From an uncultured Verrucomicrobiae bacterium (lineage in GTDB: Bacteria > Verrucomicrobiota > Verrucomicrobiia > Chthoniobacterales > JAFAMB01), in NCBI GenBank assembly GCA_963837955.1, contig CAWIPH010000002.1:1664001-1728000 (forward strand): a DNA stretch of 64,000 bases, written 5' to 3'. Of this stretch, positions 29,234 through 38,506 are shown piece after piece. Positions within the stretch are counted from its first letter, which is position 1; every line of letters begins with the position of its first letter. The notes beneath the pieces are model-generated. The model worked only from the letters and a program-made list of their open reading frames with translations, did not search any database and was not told the DNA's origin. Position numbers and translations under genes: made by a program.

Positions 29234-30646
29234 ATGAATGAGAACATCTCAACCCCGGATGAGTATGACATGGTGGTGCTGGGCAGCGGCGAAGGAGCCA
29301 AATACGTTGCGTGGACGTTCGCTAAGCGGGGGATGCACGTAGCGGTTATCGAGCGAAAATATATCGGAGGTTCCTGTCCCAACATCGCCTGTCTTCCAAG
29401 CAAGAATATTATTCAGAGTGCCAAGGTGGCTTCGTATTTTCGCAGAAGCGAGGAATTCGGAATCACCAAAGACAATTTTAAGATCAACATGTCAGCGGTC
29501 CGTGATCGCAAACGGAAGATGGTTGACGGGCTGATCGAAATGCATCTCGATAATTTCAAGGCGAGCGGAGCGGAGTTGATCATGGGTGCTGGACGCTTCA
29601 TCGGACCCAAGGCGCTAGAGGTTACACTCCCCGATGGAGGAACACGCGTCATTCGTGGAAACAAAGTCGTCATCGGCACAGGGACCCGCGCGACGATAGA
29701 ACAGATACCTGGCCTTTCTGAATCGAAGCCTCTCACCCATATCGAAGCGCTCGAGCTAGATCACATTCCGGAGCATCTGCTAGTTCTGGGAGGAGGTTAC
29801 ATCGGCCTGGAATTAGCACAGGCGATGCGTCGCTTCGGCAGCCGGGTGACCATCATCGACCGAAATGAGCGTTTGGCGCATCGGGAAGATGAGGACGTTT
29901 CGGCGGGTCTTTGTGATCTTTGCCAAGATGAAGGAATTGAACTTGTGATGAGTGCCCGTGTCACGGGTGTTGAGGGAAAATCCGGTCACTCGGTAAAGCT
30001 TCGATTGATCCGAGGCGGATCGGAAACAATTCTGGAGGGCACACATCTTCTGGTCGCAATTGGCCGCACTCCCAACACCAAGGGTATTGGCTTAGAGTTG
30101 GCTGGAGTCGAATTGACGGACCGCGGCTACATCAAAGTCAATGAACGGCTCGAGACGACTGCGCCCGACGTCTGGGCGATAGGGGAATGCGCGGGTAGCC
30201 CGCAATTCACTCATATCGCTTTCGACGATTTCCGAGTTGTTCGGGACGATCTTGCTGGCGGCAATCGCGTGACTACCGGACGGCAAGTCCCTTTCTGCAT
30301 GTTCACGGACCCCGAATTAGCCCGAATCGGCCTTAGCGAAACGGAGGCGAAAAAACAGGGGATCGCCTATCGCCTAACCAAAATTCCGATGGTGGCGGTG
30401 TTGCGCGCCCGGACTCTTTCCGAGACGCGCGGGTTCATGAAAGCCCTGATCGACACAAAGAGCGACCGCATCCTTGGACTCACGGTATTTGGAGTGGAAG
30501 CCGGAGAAATAATGGCTTCCGTCCAAATCGCGATGCTCGCGGGACTTCCCTATACGGCATTACGCGACGCCATCCTGACTCACCCCACGTTGGCGGAGGG
30601 ACTCATCCCGCTATTTTCCTCCGTACCTCCGATGTCCAAATCGTGA
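29234..30646 (+). CDS. Class I pyridine nucleotide-disulfide reductase (RclA/YkgC-like)
   Basis: GGSCPNIACLPSK, GGGYIG, HPTLAE; no C-terminal Cys pair as in MerA. Confidence 0.88.
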   Translation: MNENISTPDEYDMVVLGSGEGAKYVAWTFAKRGMHVAVIERKYIGGSCPNIACLPSKNIIQSAKVASYFRRSEEFGITKDNFKINMSAVRDRKRKMVDGLIEMHLDNFKASGAELIMGAGRFIGPKALEVTLPDGGTRVIRGNKVVIGTGTRATIEQIPGLSESKPLTHIEALELDHIPEHLLVLGGGYIGLELAQAMRRFGSRVTIIDRNERLAHREDEDVSAGLCDLCQDEGIELVMSARVTGVEGKSGHSVKLRLIRGGSETILEGTHLLVAIGRTPNTKGIGLELAGVELTDRGYIKVNERLETTAPDVWAIGECAGSPQFTHIAFDDFRVVRDDLAGGNRVTTGRQVPFCMFTDPELARIGLSETEAKKQGIAYRLTKIPMVAVLRARTLSETRGFMKALIDTKSDRILGLTVFGVEAGEIMASVQIAMLAGLPYTALRDAILTHPTLAEGLIPLFSSVPPMSKS

Positions 30647-30755
30647 GGATGACTCCGGGGTGTCGGCGTGATGTGTCATCGCGGAACGCGTGATTCAAGG
30701 TAGCCGCTAGGGCGCAGCCGGTAAGCGTTAACTCAAGGTTTGCGGAGTGTTTTCT

Positions 30756-30833
30756 ACCCCAACGGGGCAGGAGGACTCAGCCCGGGGTTTTAATCCCGGG
30801 AAACATCCAATCAAGCGACCCGCCCTCATGAGG
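30756..30833. repeat. Palindromic REP-like element (CCCC..GGGG / AGCCCGGGG..CCCGGG type)
   Basis: Successive short hairpins; its first ~27 bp resemble 47121-47147. Confidence 0.55.
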
Positions 30834-30935
30834 CATCACCGTGCGAGACCGTATGGGAACTGAGGACCAAACGGTGGCCTAAGGTTGACGCATGTGCGTA
30901 GCCGTTTGACTGGGATTAGAAGCAAAGAGGGTCCC

Positions 30936-31166
30936 GTCCCGGAAGGGACGCGGTGAAAGTAGCCCAGCACTTCAGTGCTGGGATAGCGTTAAAGAGGCGT
31001 CCGTCCCGCTATAAGGGGACGATCGAATTCAACCTCTGCGCTCGTGACGTCGGATTGAAAGCCATTACCTCAACGTTTCGATCGTCCCTTGCGGGACGGC
31101 ACCCGCTTTATACCGTCTACCCAGCAATAAATTGCTGGGCTACTTTCGCAGTGTCCCTGCCGGGAC
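30936..31166. repeat. Long REPIN-like inverted repeat, GTAG type
   Basis: Arms GTCCC..GGGAC / GTAG-CCCAGCAC-TTCA-GTGCTGGG and reverse-strand GTAG-CCCAGCAA-TTTA-TTGCTGGG; between convergent genes. Confidence 0.85.
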
Positions 31167-31191
31167 AGAAGCCGGTATTAGCCGGATTTAC

Positions 31192-32505
31192 CTATTTTAT
31201 ATAGCCACCCTGGATCATCGCCCGCTCGGCCGAGGTCTGGCTATTCTTGAGAGCCTGGTCAACCGAAAACTTTCCCGCAAGCGCGCCTGCGATGTTCTGA
31301 CCGACAACGGTGCCGATCGATTGAAATTCAGGTATGCCTACAAACTGAACGCCGGTGTAAGGCACCTTCTTTATACACGGATTGGTCGGATCCGCAGTCT
31401 GCATCGCCTGTAGGGTGGTTGCGGCAAAAGGTGCGGACTTCTGGTATTCGGGGTTGTCGTAGGTTGATTTTCTGGTTCCCGGAGGAACTGAAGCCCAACC
31501 CGAATCTTCGGCCACAAGCGCAATGTACTCCTTGGAGGTGGCCCACACCGCAAATTTCTGGGCGGCTTCGGGCTGTTTTGCAGATTTGGGGATACCGAAT
31601 GCCCACGACCACAGCCAGTGAGACCCATTGGGTGTTGCTTCGATTGGCGCGGGAGCGTAACCCATTTTGCCGGCGACCTCAGATTGCTTCTTGTTTTCGA
31701 GTATGCCGCCCGCCACGGTCGCGTCGATCCACATCGCCGCCTTTCCGCTGGTTACGAGCGTCAAATTCTCGTTGAAGCCATTCGAGGTAGCGCCCGGAGG
31801 GCCATCTTTTTTCAGAAGATCGACGTAAAAAGTAACGGCCTTTTTCCATTCGGGAGTATCGATCGTCGGATGCCATTTTTCGTCGAACCAAGTCGCGCCG
31901 AAAGTATTTAGTAGCGTGTCGACGTACGCCATGTTTTCCCCCCAACCGGGCTGGCCACGAAGCGTGATTCCAAAAATACCTTTCGATTTGTCGGTCAGCG
32001 CATCGGCGAATTTTTGGAGGTCCTCGTACTTCGGCTGGTCCGGCATCTTCAGACCCTTCTCATCAAAGAGGTCCTTTCGGTACATCAGCATCGAGCTCTC
32101 GCCATAGAAGGGTAGCGCATACAGTTTGCCCTCATAGGAAAGGCCGTCGCGTATCGATTTGAACACGTCCTCCAGATCGTAATCGCTCGGCAGATTTTCC
32201 ATAGGCTGCAGCCAACCTCGCTTGGCAAAAATCGGAGTCTCATAAAGACCAATAAAGACGAGATCGAACTGACCGCTGCCTTGGGAAACGTCGGTAGTCA
32301 CCCGCTGCCGGAGGATATTCTCTTCCACGATTACCCAATTGAGTTTGATGTCCGGATTTTTCTGCTCGAACTTGGTAGATAATTTTTTCAGTTCGATCAT
32401 ATCCGGGTTGTTCACGACACCGATCGTCACTGCCTTCTGCTGTGCTTGAGCACTAACTGCGGATAGGCAAACCGCTGCTAACAGGGGGAACGCGTAACGC
32501 TTCAT
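31192..32505 (-). CDS. Polyol/sugar ABC substrate-binding protein (SmoE/MtlE-like)
   Basis: Signal peptide; LRQRVTTD, PFYGESS, RGQPGWGENMA, WLWSW, PYTGVQFVGIPEFQ. Confidence 0.9.
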   Translation of the reverse strand: MKRYAFPLLAAVCLSAVSAQAQQKAVTIGVVNNPDMIELKKLSTKFEQKNPDIKLNWVIVEENILRQRVTTDVSQGSGQFDLVFIGLYETPIFAKRGWLQPMENLPSDYDLEDVFKSIRDGLSYEGKLYALPFYGESSMLMYRKDLFDEKGLKMPDQPKYEDLQKFADALTDKSKGIFGITLRGQPGWGENMAYVDTLLNTFGATWFDEKWHPTIDTPEWKKAVTFYVDLLKKDGPPGATSNGFNENLTLVTSGKAAMWIDATVAGGILENKKQSEVAGKMGYAPAPIEATPNGSHWLWSWAFGIPKSAKQPEAAQKFAVWATSKEYIALVAEDSGWASVPPGTRKSTYDNPEYQKSAPFAATTLQAMQTADPTNPCIKKVPYTGVQFVGIPEFQSIGTVVGQNIAGALAGKFSVDQALKNSQTSAERAMIQGGYIK

Positions 32506-32711
32506 GAGATAGATTGCTTGAGTTGGGGGACCATCTGCACTTATGATCTATGGACGATCAAATGTCAATCATCTGTCTATACCTCGAGCAAAGGATCAGC
32601 TGGTTTCTTCGACCGTGGCAACTAGACTTTGAACTCGCTGACCGACGGAATCGGAGTATTGAATTCGCCAATGATGAGCGATGCTTCCGCAGACCCCGAT
32701 CACTGCGGCAA

Positions 32712-34205
32712 ATGAAGAAGGACCTGCTGCTAGCGTTTGATATCGGGACCGGAAGCGTCCGGGCAGCTCTGGTTGCGGAAACCGGAAAAATCCTCGCATT
32801 TACAGCAAAAGAGCTCGATCAGGTTATCCCTCAATTTGGCTGGTCTCAGCAGAGTCCACGGATTTGGTGGGAAGGATTAGTCTCCAGCATCCAAAGCGTT
32901 CTCGAGCAAGTCAGGCACAGTGCCGATCGGATTGCCGCGATAGCCGGATGTGGGCAAATGCACGGCGTGGTCCTGGTCGATGGGGCGGGGGAACTTGTGC
33001 TGGAGGAGGTGCCTCTCTGGAACGATAAGCGGACCCGCGAACTGGTAGACCGATTCTCAAAGGAACGGGACACAGAGGCTCTGCTTCCGATTGTTGCAAA
33101 TCCTCCAACGGTCGCATGGCCGGCGTTTAAATTGGCCTGGATCAAGCAGAACCAGCCCAAGGCATATGAAGCGGCCCTGACTGTTTTGATGCCAAAAGAC
33201 TACATCAACTTCAAGCTGACGGGCGAACGCCGGATCGACCTCTGCGAAGCTTCCTGTAGCTACATGTTTGATATCCAAAGCTACGGCTGGAGCGAGAAGA
33301 TTCTGGAGTTGTTGGGCTTGGACTCATCCAAATTGCCTCCGATCAGCCTGGCAACAGAACTGCTCGGAGTGGTAACAAAAGAGGCGGCGCGGATTACCGG
33401 GCTCCGGGCTGGCACTCCGGTGGCGGTCGGCGCCGGCGATTTTCCGGTCGCGCTCCTCGGTTCGGGAGTGACCTCCCCGGGAATGGGATGCGATATCACC
33501 GGAACTTCGACGGTGATTACCCTACTCGCCGAGCGGCCGGCAGTTGATCCGGTCATCTCCAACGTGCGAGCTATCACGGGCGGATGGGCAGCCTTCACGA
33601 TCCTGGACGCCAGTGGAGACGCCATGCGTTGGGCGCGACGCGCGTTTCATCATCAGGAAGCTTACAGCTACGATCAAATCGTCTCGCTGGCAGAAGGGGT
33701 GCCGGCGGGATCTGACCGGCTACTGTTCCTACCGTACCTTAATGGCGAACGCCTTGCTCAGAAGCCAAATTCTCGGGCTCAGTTTTTTGGCCTCAACAGC
33801 AGCCATAGTGCAGCTCATCTGTATCGCGCGGTTATGGAGGGCGTCGCGTTTGCCTCCAAGAGGAACATCGACTTGATGAAGTCGGCCGGATACCGCCTTG
33901 ATCGGATGGTAACGGCTGCCGGTGGAGCAAAGACCCGTTTGTGGCTTGAAATCAAGGCGAGCATTTATAATTGCCCGATTTTGGTTCCCGGCGAGCCGGA
34001 GTGTGGCGTGCTCGGTTGCGCAATGCTAGCGGGCCTCGTAGTTGGGCTGTTTTCGGACCTCAAGTCGGTGGGCTCTGAGCTGGTTCGATACGAGGGCGAG
34101 ATCGCGCCGAACCCAGCCTGGTCGGAGCGATACCAAAAGATGCAATCATTGTTCGATGATCTTTACCAGAGCAGCGAAAAATTTTGGGATCGGCTGGAGA
34201 GTTAG
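32712..34205 (+). CDS. FGGY family carbohydrate kinase (xylulokinase-like)
   Basis: FDIGTGSVR, GQMHG, LWND.R, LPYLNGER, RAVMEG. Confidence 0.9.
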   Translation: MKKDLLLAFDIGTGSVRAALVAETGKILAFTAKELDQVIPQFGWSQQSPRIWWEGLVSSIQSVLEQVRHSADRIAAIAGCGQMHGVVLVDGAGELVLEEVPLWNDKRTRELVDRFSKERDTEALLPIVANPPTVAWPAFKLAWIKQNQPKAYEAALTVLMPKDYINFKLTGERRIDLCEASCSYMFDIQSYGWSEKILELLGLDSSKLPPISLATELLGVVTKEAARITGLRAGTPVAVGAGDFPVALLGSGVTSPGMGCDITGTSTVITLLAERPAVDPVISNVRAITGGWAAFTILDASGDAMRWARRAFHHQEAYSYDQIVSLAEGVPAGSDRLLFLPYLNGERLAQKPNSRAQFFGLNSSHSAAHLYRAVMEGVAFASKRNIDLMKSAGYRLDRMVTAAGGAKTRLWLEIKASIYNCPILVPGEPECGVLGCAMLAGLVVGLFSDLKSVGSELVRYEGEIAPNPAWSERYQKMQSLFDDLYQSSEKFWDRLES

Positions 34206-34249
34206 AATGAGCTTAACCATAGATTAAGACGCTCCCCTTGTAATCGGAG

Positions 34250-35212
34250 ATGGATCCATCGTCGCCCAGGCAGGAAGAAAAGTTGGAAGTGGCGGTACGA
34301 GCGGCTTGGCTCTACTACGTCGCCGGCAACACCCAGCATGAGATAGCACAGAAGCTGCACATCTCACGGCCGACGGCTCAGCGACTGGTGGCATTTGCCG
34401 TCGAGCGCGGCCTCGTCAAGGTGCGGGTAAACCATAAGGTGGCTAGCTGTCTGGAATTGGCTATAGCCTTGCGTCAACGCTACAACCTCGTTGTTTGCGA
34501 CGTAGTGCCGGTAAATACAGACACCAGTGATCAGATCTTAAGGAAGATCGCGGTGGCCGGCGCTCAAGTCATGGAGTCTTACCTTGACGAGGTCGAACCG
34601 AAAATCATAGCGCTGAGCTCAGGTCAAACCATCAAGGCAGTAATTGGCGAACTGAACACGTTCGAAAGGCCCCAGCATCGTCTGATTTCGCTGGTTGGGA
34701 CGATTGCTCGCGACGGCGCTAGCAATCCTTATGATGCCGCTCTTCAGGCCGCGGAAAAGATTGGTAGCAAATGTTTTCTATTGCCTGCTCCGCTGCTGGC
34801 GGACTCACCAGAGGAGCGAAAGCAATGGTGCCGCCACCGCCTATATAAGGTCGTGGAAGAAATTTCGAACAAAGCGGACGTAGCTTTCGTAGGAATAGGA
34901 GATATGCGTCTCGGTTGTCCGATGCATCGGGACGGTTTTATTACCAAAGAAGAGGTGAGGGAACTCGTAAAAGCGGGCGCCGTTGGTGACAACCTTGGGT
35001 GGACCTTTAGCCAGACAGGAGAACTCGTCCGTATATCCATCCAGGAGAGGGTCACGAGTATGCAATTACCGCGCCCCACAAAAAAGCCGGTAATTGCTTT
35101 TGCTGGTGGTGAACACAAGGCCCACGCAGTACTCGGCGCTCTGCGCGGGCAATGGATCAATGGACTCGTCACGGACGAGACATGCGCTCGCGCCATCCTC
35201 GCAGATCAATAA
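34250..35212 (+). CDS. SorC/DeoR family sugar-binding transcriptional regulator
   Basis: AAWLYYVAGNTQHEIAQKLHISRPT HTH; C-terminal GLVTDE. Confidence 0.92.
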   Translation: MDPSSPRQEEKLEVAVRAAWLYYVAGNTQHEIAQKLHISRPTAQRLVAFAVERGLVKVRVNHKVASCLELAIALRQRYNLVVCDVVPVNTDTSDQILRKIAVAGAQVMESYLDEVEPKIIALSSGQTIKAVIGELNTFERPQHRLISLVGTIARDGASNPYDAALQAAEKIGSKCFLLPAPLLADSPEERKQWCRHRLYKVVEEISNKADVAFVGIGDMRLGCPMHRDGFITKEEVRELVKAGAVGDNLGWTFSQTGELVRISIQERVTSMQLPRPTKKPVIAFAGGEHKAHAVLGALRGQWINGLVTDETCARAILADQ

Positions 35213-35266
35213 CCGGGTGGACCGGGTTGTCCAGGAGGCGGTCGAGGGCAACTCGATATTCGCAGA

Positions 35267-37426
35267 TTAGGCCGGCTGACCTACCTTTTGCTCGCGCTGT
35301 ATCGCCTCGCTGCTAGTGGTTTTTGTCTTCACCACCAGCGACCTCACGTTTACATCCGGTTTTTTCCACTTGCGCGCTTGTTCCAGGAACACCGCCTGGG
35401 CATCCACTCGCTCCCCTTCCAAGGGTCTGCGAATGTACGTCGGCTCCGTCCTTTGTTCTCTGGCCTTCACATTGTCTTTCCAATAAGTGTTGAGGCTTTG
35501 GTCGATTCGCTCACGCAGTTCCGCGTCCTCGACCGGGAAACAGGTCTCAACGCGCCGGAAAAAATTTCTTTCCGTCCAGTCCGCGCTGGCAAGATAGATC
35601 TCCGGGTTACCTGCGTTCTCGAAACGATAAATCCGGCTGTGTTCTAAAAATCTGCCGACGATGCTTCGCACAATCACGTTGTCGCTTATTCCAGGTACCC
35701 CTGGACGCAAGCAGCAGACGCCCCTAACCAAGAGATTTATCTTCACACCGGCCTGGGAAGCTAAATAGAGAGCTTTGATGACCTCTTCGTCGACCAGCGC
35801 GTTCACCTTGCCGAAAATGGCGGCCGGCCTACCACTGATCGCGTGATTCATTTCACGTTGGATCATTTCGAGGACAAACTTGTGAAGAGCTTTCGGCGCC
35901 GCCTTAATTTTTTTCAGCTCAGGAAAGACCGAAATACCGGTCAACCAGTTAAAGAGCTCGGCGCTGTCGTTTGTCATTTCCGGATCGCAGGTTAACAACC
36001 CGAAATCTTCGTAAAGCTTCGCGGTTGACGGATTATAGTTTCCCGTCCCGAGATGCAGGTATCGACGAATACCGTCCTCTTCCCTCCGAACGACTAGCGC
36101 AAGTTTGGCACGCGTCGTCAAGCTGGCGATCCCGTAGACAACATGAACACCAGCTTCTTGGAGCGTTCTGGCGCATTTTATGTTAGCTGCTTCGTCGAAA
36201 CGCGCCTTGAGCTCGATCACTACCGTAACCTGTTTCCCGCCCTGCGCTGCTTCAGCCAGCAAGGTTACGATTGGGGAATCACCACTGGTTCGATAGAGGG
36301 TCTGTTTAATTGCCAAAACATTCGGATCCGCTGCAGCCTGCTCGATGAAATCGAGCACTGTCTGGAAGCTGTCATAAGGATGATGCAACAGGATCGGACG
36401 ACGCCGGATTTGCGAGAAAATGTCTTCTTCATCATCCGACGCGGTCGCGATCGCGGGCGCAAATGGACGGAACTTGAGGTCCGGCCGATTTACTTCAGAA
36501 ATCACCGGCATGAGGCGCAGAAAATTGATCGGTCCATCGACCTGGTAAAGATCGTCGTCGGTCAGGCCAAACGTTTGCAGCAATTGATCAGCGATGTGAC
36601 GCGGACAGTCCTGCTGGACCTCCAAGCGAACCGCGTCCCCGCGACTGCGCTTCCGCAACTCAAGTTCGATCGTCTTCAGCAAATTGTCGGTCTCTTCCTC
36701 GTCGAGATACAGATCGCTATTCCGAGTAACCCGAAACTGATAAGCGCCCTTCACTCTGACGCCGTGGAAGAGAGAACCGACGTGCGCTTGGATAAGATTC
36801 CCAATGAAAATGTAGCGGTACATGCCCTTTTCTCCGGCCCGGTACGGAAGCAAACGGGGAAGAATACGCGGCACTTGGACCAGGGCCAGATTCGTGCTGA
36901 TTGCGGCGCCTTCAAGCTCTACGGCAACGTTCAGGCTCTTATTCAGCAATTGCGGGAAGGGATGGACCGGATCCACCGCGAGCGGCGTGAGCACCGGGTA
37001 AACCGATTTCTCAAAGTACTTCGTGTAGTATTGCTTTTCTTCGTTCGTGAGCTCGTCGCACCCTAAGAAGAAAACGCTATTTGCCTCCAAGGCCGGGACC
37101 AGCTCCTGGCTCCAAACGCGATATTGATCATCCACCATCCTCCGCACCCTCGCCGAAATAGCTGCGAGCTGTTCACCAGGGCTCATTCCATCGGGGCCGG
37201 GCGCACTGACATTGCTTTGGCGTTGCTGCTTCAGACCAGCAACCCTGACCTCAAAGAATTGATCGAGATTTGATGCGACGATACAAAGGAATTTCAGGCG
37301 CTCCAGGAGCGGACTGCTCGGATCCTGAGCCTCTTCCAAAAGCCGCTGATTGAACTCTAACAAGCTTAGTTCGCGGTTGTTGTAGAGCGAGGGATCAGAT
37401 AGAACCGGGGAGGTTTCTTCTACCAT
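35267..37426 (-). CDS. ppk1: Polyphosphate kinase 1 homolog with a degenerate autophosphorylation motif
   Basis: NRELSLLEFNQR, HPFP, HHPYDSF, KQTLYRT, ARFDE, GTGNYN, GRFLEHSR; GLKTH motif reads SLTTR. Confidence 0.93.
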   Translation of the reverse strand: MVEETSPVLSDPSLYNNRELSLLEFNQRLLEEAQDPSSPLLERLKFLCIVASNLDQFFEVRVAGLKQQRQSNVSAPGPDGMSPGEQLAAISARVRRMVDDQYRVWSQELVPALEANSVFFLGCDELTNEEKQYYTKYFEKSVYPVLTPLAVDPVHPFPQLLNKSLNVAVELEGAAISTNLALVQVPRILPRLLPYRAGEKGMYRYIFIGNLIQAHVGSLFHGVRVKGAYQFRVTRNSDLYLDEEETDNLLKTIELELRKRSRGDAVRLEVQQDCPRHIADQLLQTFGLTDDDLYQVDGPINFLRLMPVISEVNRPDLKFRPFAPAIATASDDEEDIFSQIRRRPILLHHPYDSFQTVLDFIEQAAADPNVLAIKQTLYRTSGDSPIVTLLAEAAQGGKQVTVVIELKARFDEAANIKCARTLQEAGVHVVYGIASLTTRAKLALVVRREEDGIRRYLHLGTGNYNPSTAKLYEDFGLLTCDPEMTNDSAELFNWLTGISVFPELKKIKAAPKALHKFVLEMIQREMNHAISGRPAAIFGKVNALVDEEVIKALYLASQAGVKINLLVRGVCCLRPGVPGISDNVIVRSIVGRFLEHSRIYRFENAGNPEIYLASADWTERNFFRRVETCFPVEDAELRERIDQSLNTYWKDNVKAREQRTEPTYIRRPLEGERVDAQAVFLEQARKWKKPDVNVRSLVVKTKTTSSEAIQREQKVGQPA

Positions 37427-37638
37427 AAACCGTTTTCTAATGACTTGCTTTCCACGCCGCATTCTTAACCCAGGCCGCCTTTTACGTTAATCGGCGATTT
37501 TGGACGGGTACAATACACGGTCTAGTACCATTTGTCTGTAATCAGACGGACGACAAGAAGTATTAGGAGAGAGTCACGATGTGGAGCAAACAAGAGAGTC
37601 GCGGTTTCCGCAGTCTGGTTTTGTTCGGCTAGCAGCTA

Positions 37639-38016
37639 AAGTGCCGCTTCGTCAGGGACGAGCTCGGATTCGACGCGTGCCTCGATCATCGCCAGCCCAG
37701 GTTTGGCGAAAATCTGAAAGCTGCTTGTCCGGAGGGCATCGATATCTATTTCGAAAATGTTGGCGGTACAGTATTCGATGCGGTGTTGCCGTTGTTGAAC
37801 AACTTTGCGCGCATTCCTGTCTCCGGGCTCATCGCCCACTACAACGCCACGGAATTGCCGCCCGGACCAGATCATCTGCCGCTACTGATGGGGGCCATAC
37901 TGGTCAAGCGCCTTACGTTTCGCGGGTTCCTCTACTTCGATTATGCTTCACAGTTCCCCGACTTCGTCACTGACGTGAAGGCATGGTTGGCCGAAGGCCG
38001 TATCAAATACCGCGAA
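37639..38016 (+). pseudogene. Internal fragment of an NADP-dependent oxidoreductase (CurA/YncB-like)
   Basis: KCRFVRDELGFDACLDH...ACPEGIDIYFENVGG...ARIPVSGLIAHYN...GRIKYRE; both ends missing. Confidence 0.85.
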
Positions 38017-38071
38017 TCCTGGCTAGGATCCACTTTTCGAAAAGGTTCTCATGCATACCAACTGCGGCAAT

Positions 38072-38281
38072 CTAGAATCGCTGAATTCCTATCTTTGAGC
38101 GGGCGTATCGGCCAAAGCATTCAACATGGCGTAGATGGTGAAAGGTGGCCAGCACTCGTGCTGCTGCCACATTAACTCCCGTCTGCATAAGTTTCCTGGT
38201 GTATGCCTCGCTTTCTTCGCGCCGGTCATCGACGAAGGTTTCGGGCTTGGGCTCGACGATAGGTTTTTTACGATTGCTCAT
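38072..38281 (-). CDS. Possible small hypothetical protein (69 aa)
   Basis: AAGGA SD before ATG; charged N-terminus MSNRKKPIVEPKPE; no recognised family. Confidence 0.3.
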   Translation of the reverse strand: MSNRKKPIVEPKPETFVDDRREESEAYTRKLMQTGVNVAAARVLATFHHLRHVECFGRYARSKIGIQRF

Positions 38282-38506
38282 AAGAATTCCTTTTTGGGAG
38301 TGTCGTATGAATGGGTTATCGGCTACCTTAGAAAAGTGGTGGATGGCGACCTTCATCGCTATGGACCATTAGGGTAGTCTTTTATGACTCCCCATGAGTT
38401 ATAGATGACTAGCTAAGCGCCAGAGTTCATCGGAGTAATCGGGATCTCACGCTGAAATCTGTCGAGCCTAGATGGATAGCTTGAAAGCCCTTGGAGATAA
38501 CGGATT

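Noticed and set aside
29234..30646. Mercuric reductase merA
   Set aside because: No C-terminal Cys-Cys pair, no N-terminal metal-binding domain and no mer genes nearby
36143..37066. 307-aa plus-strand ORF
   Set aside because: Antisense shadow of ppk1, like the many other overlapping ORFs in the track
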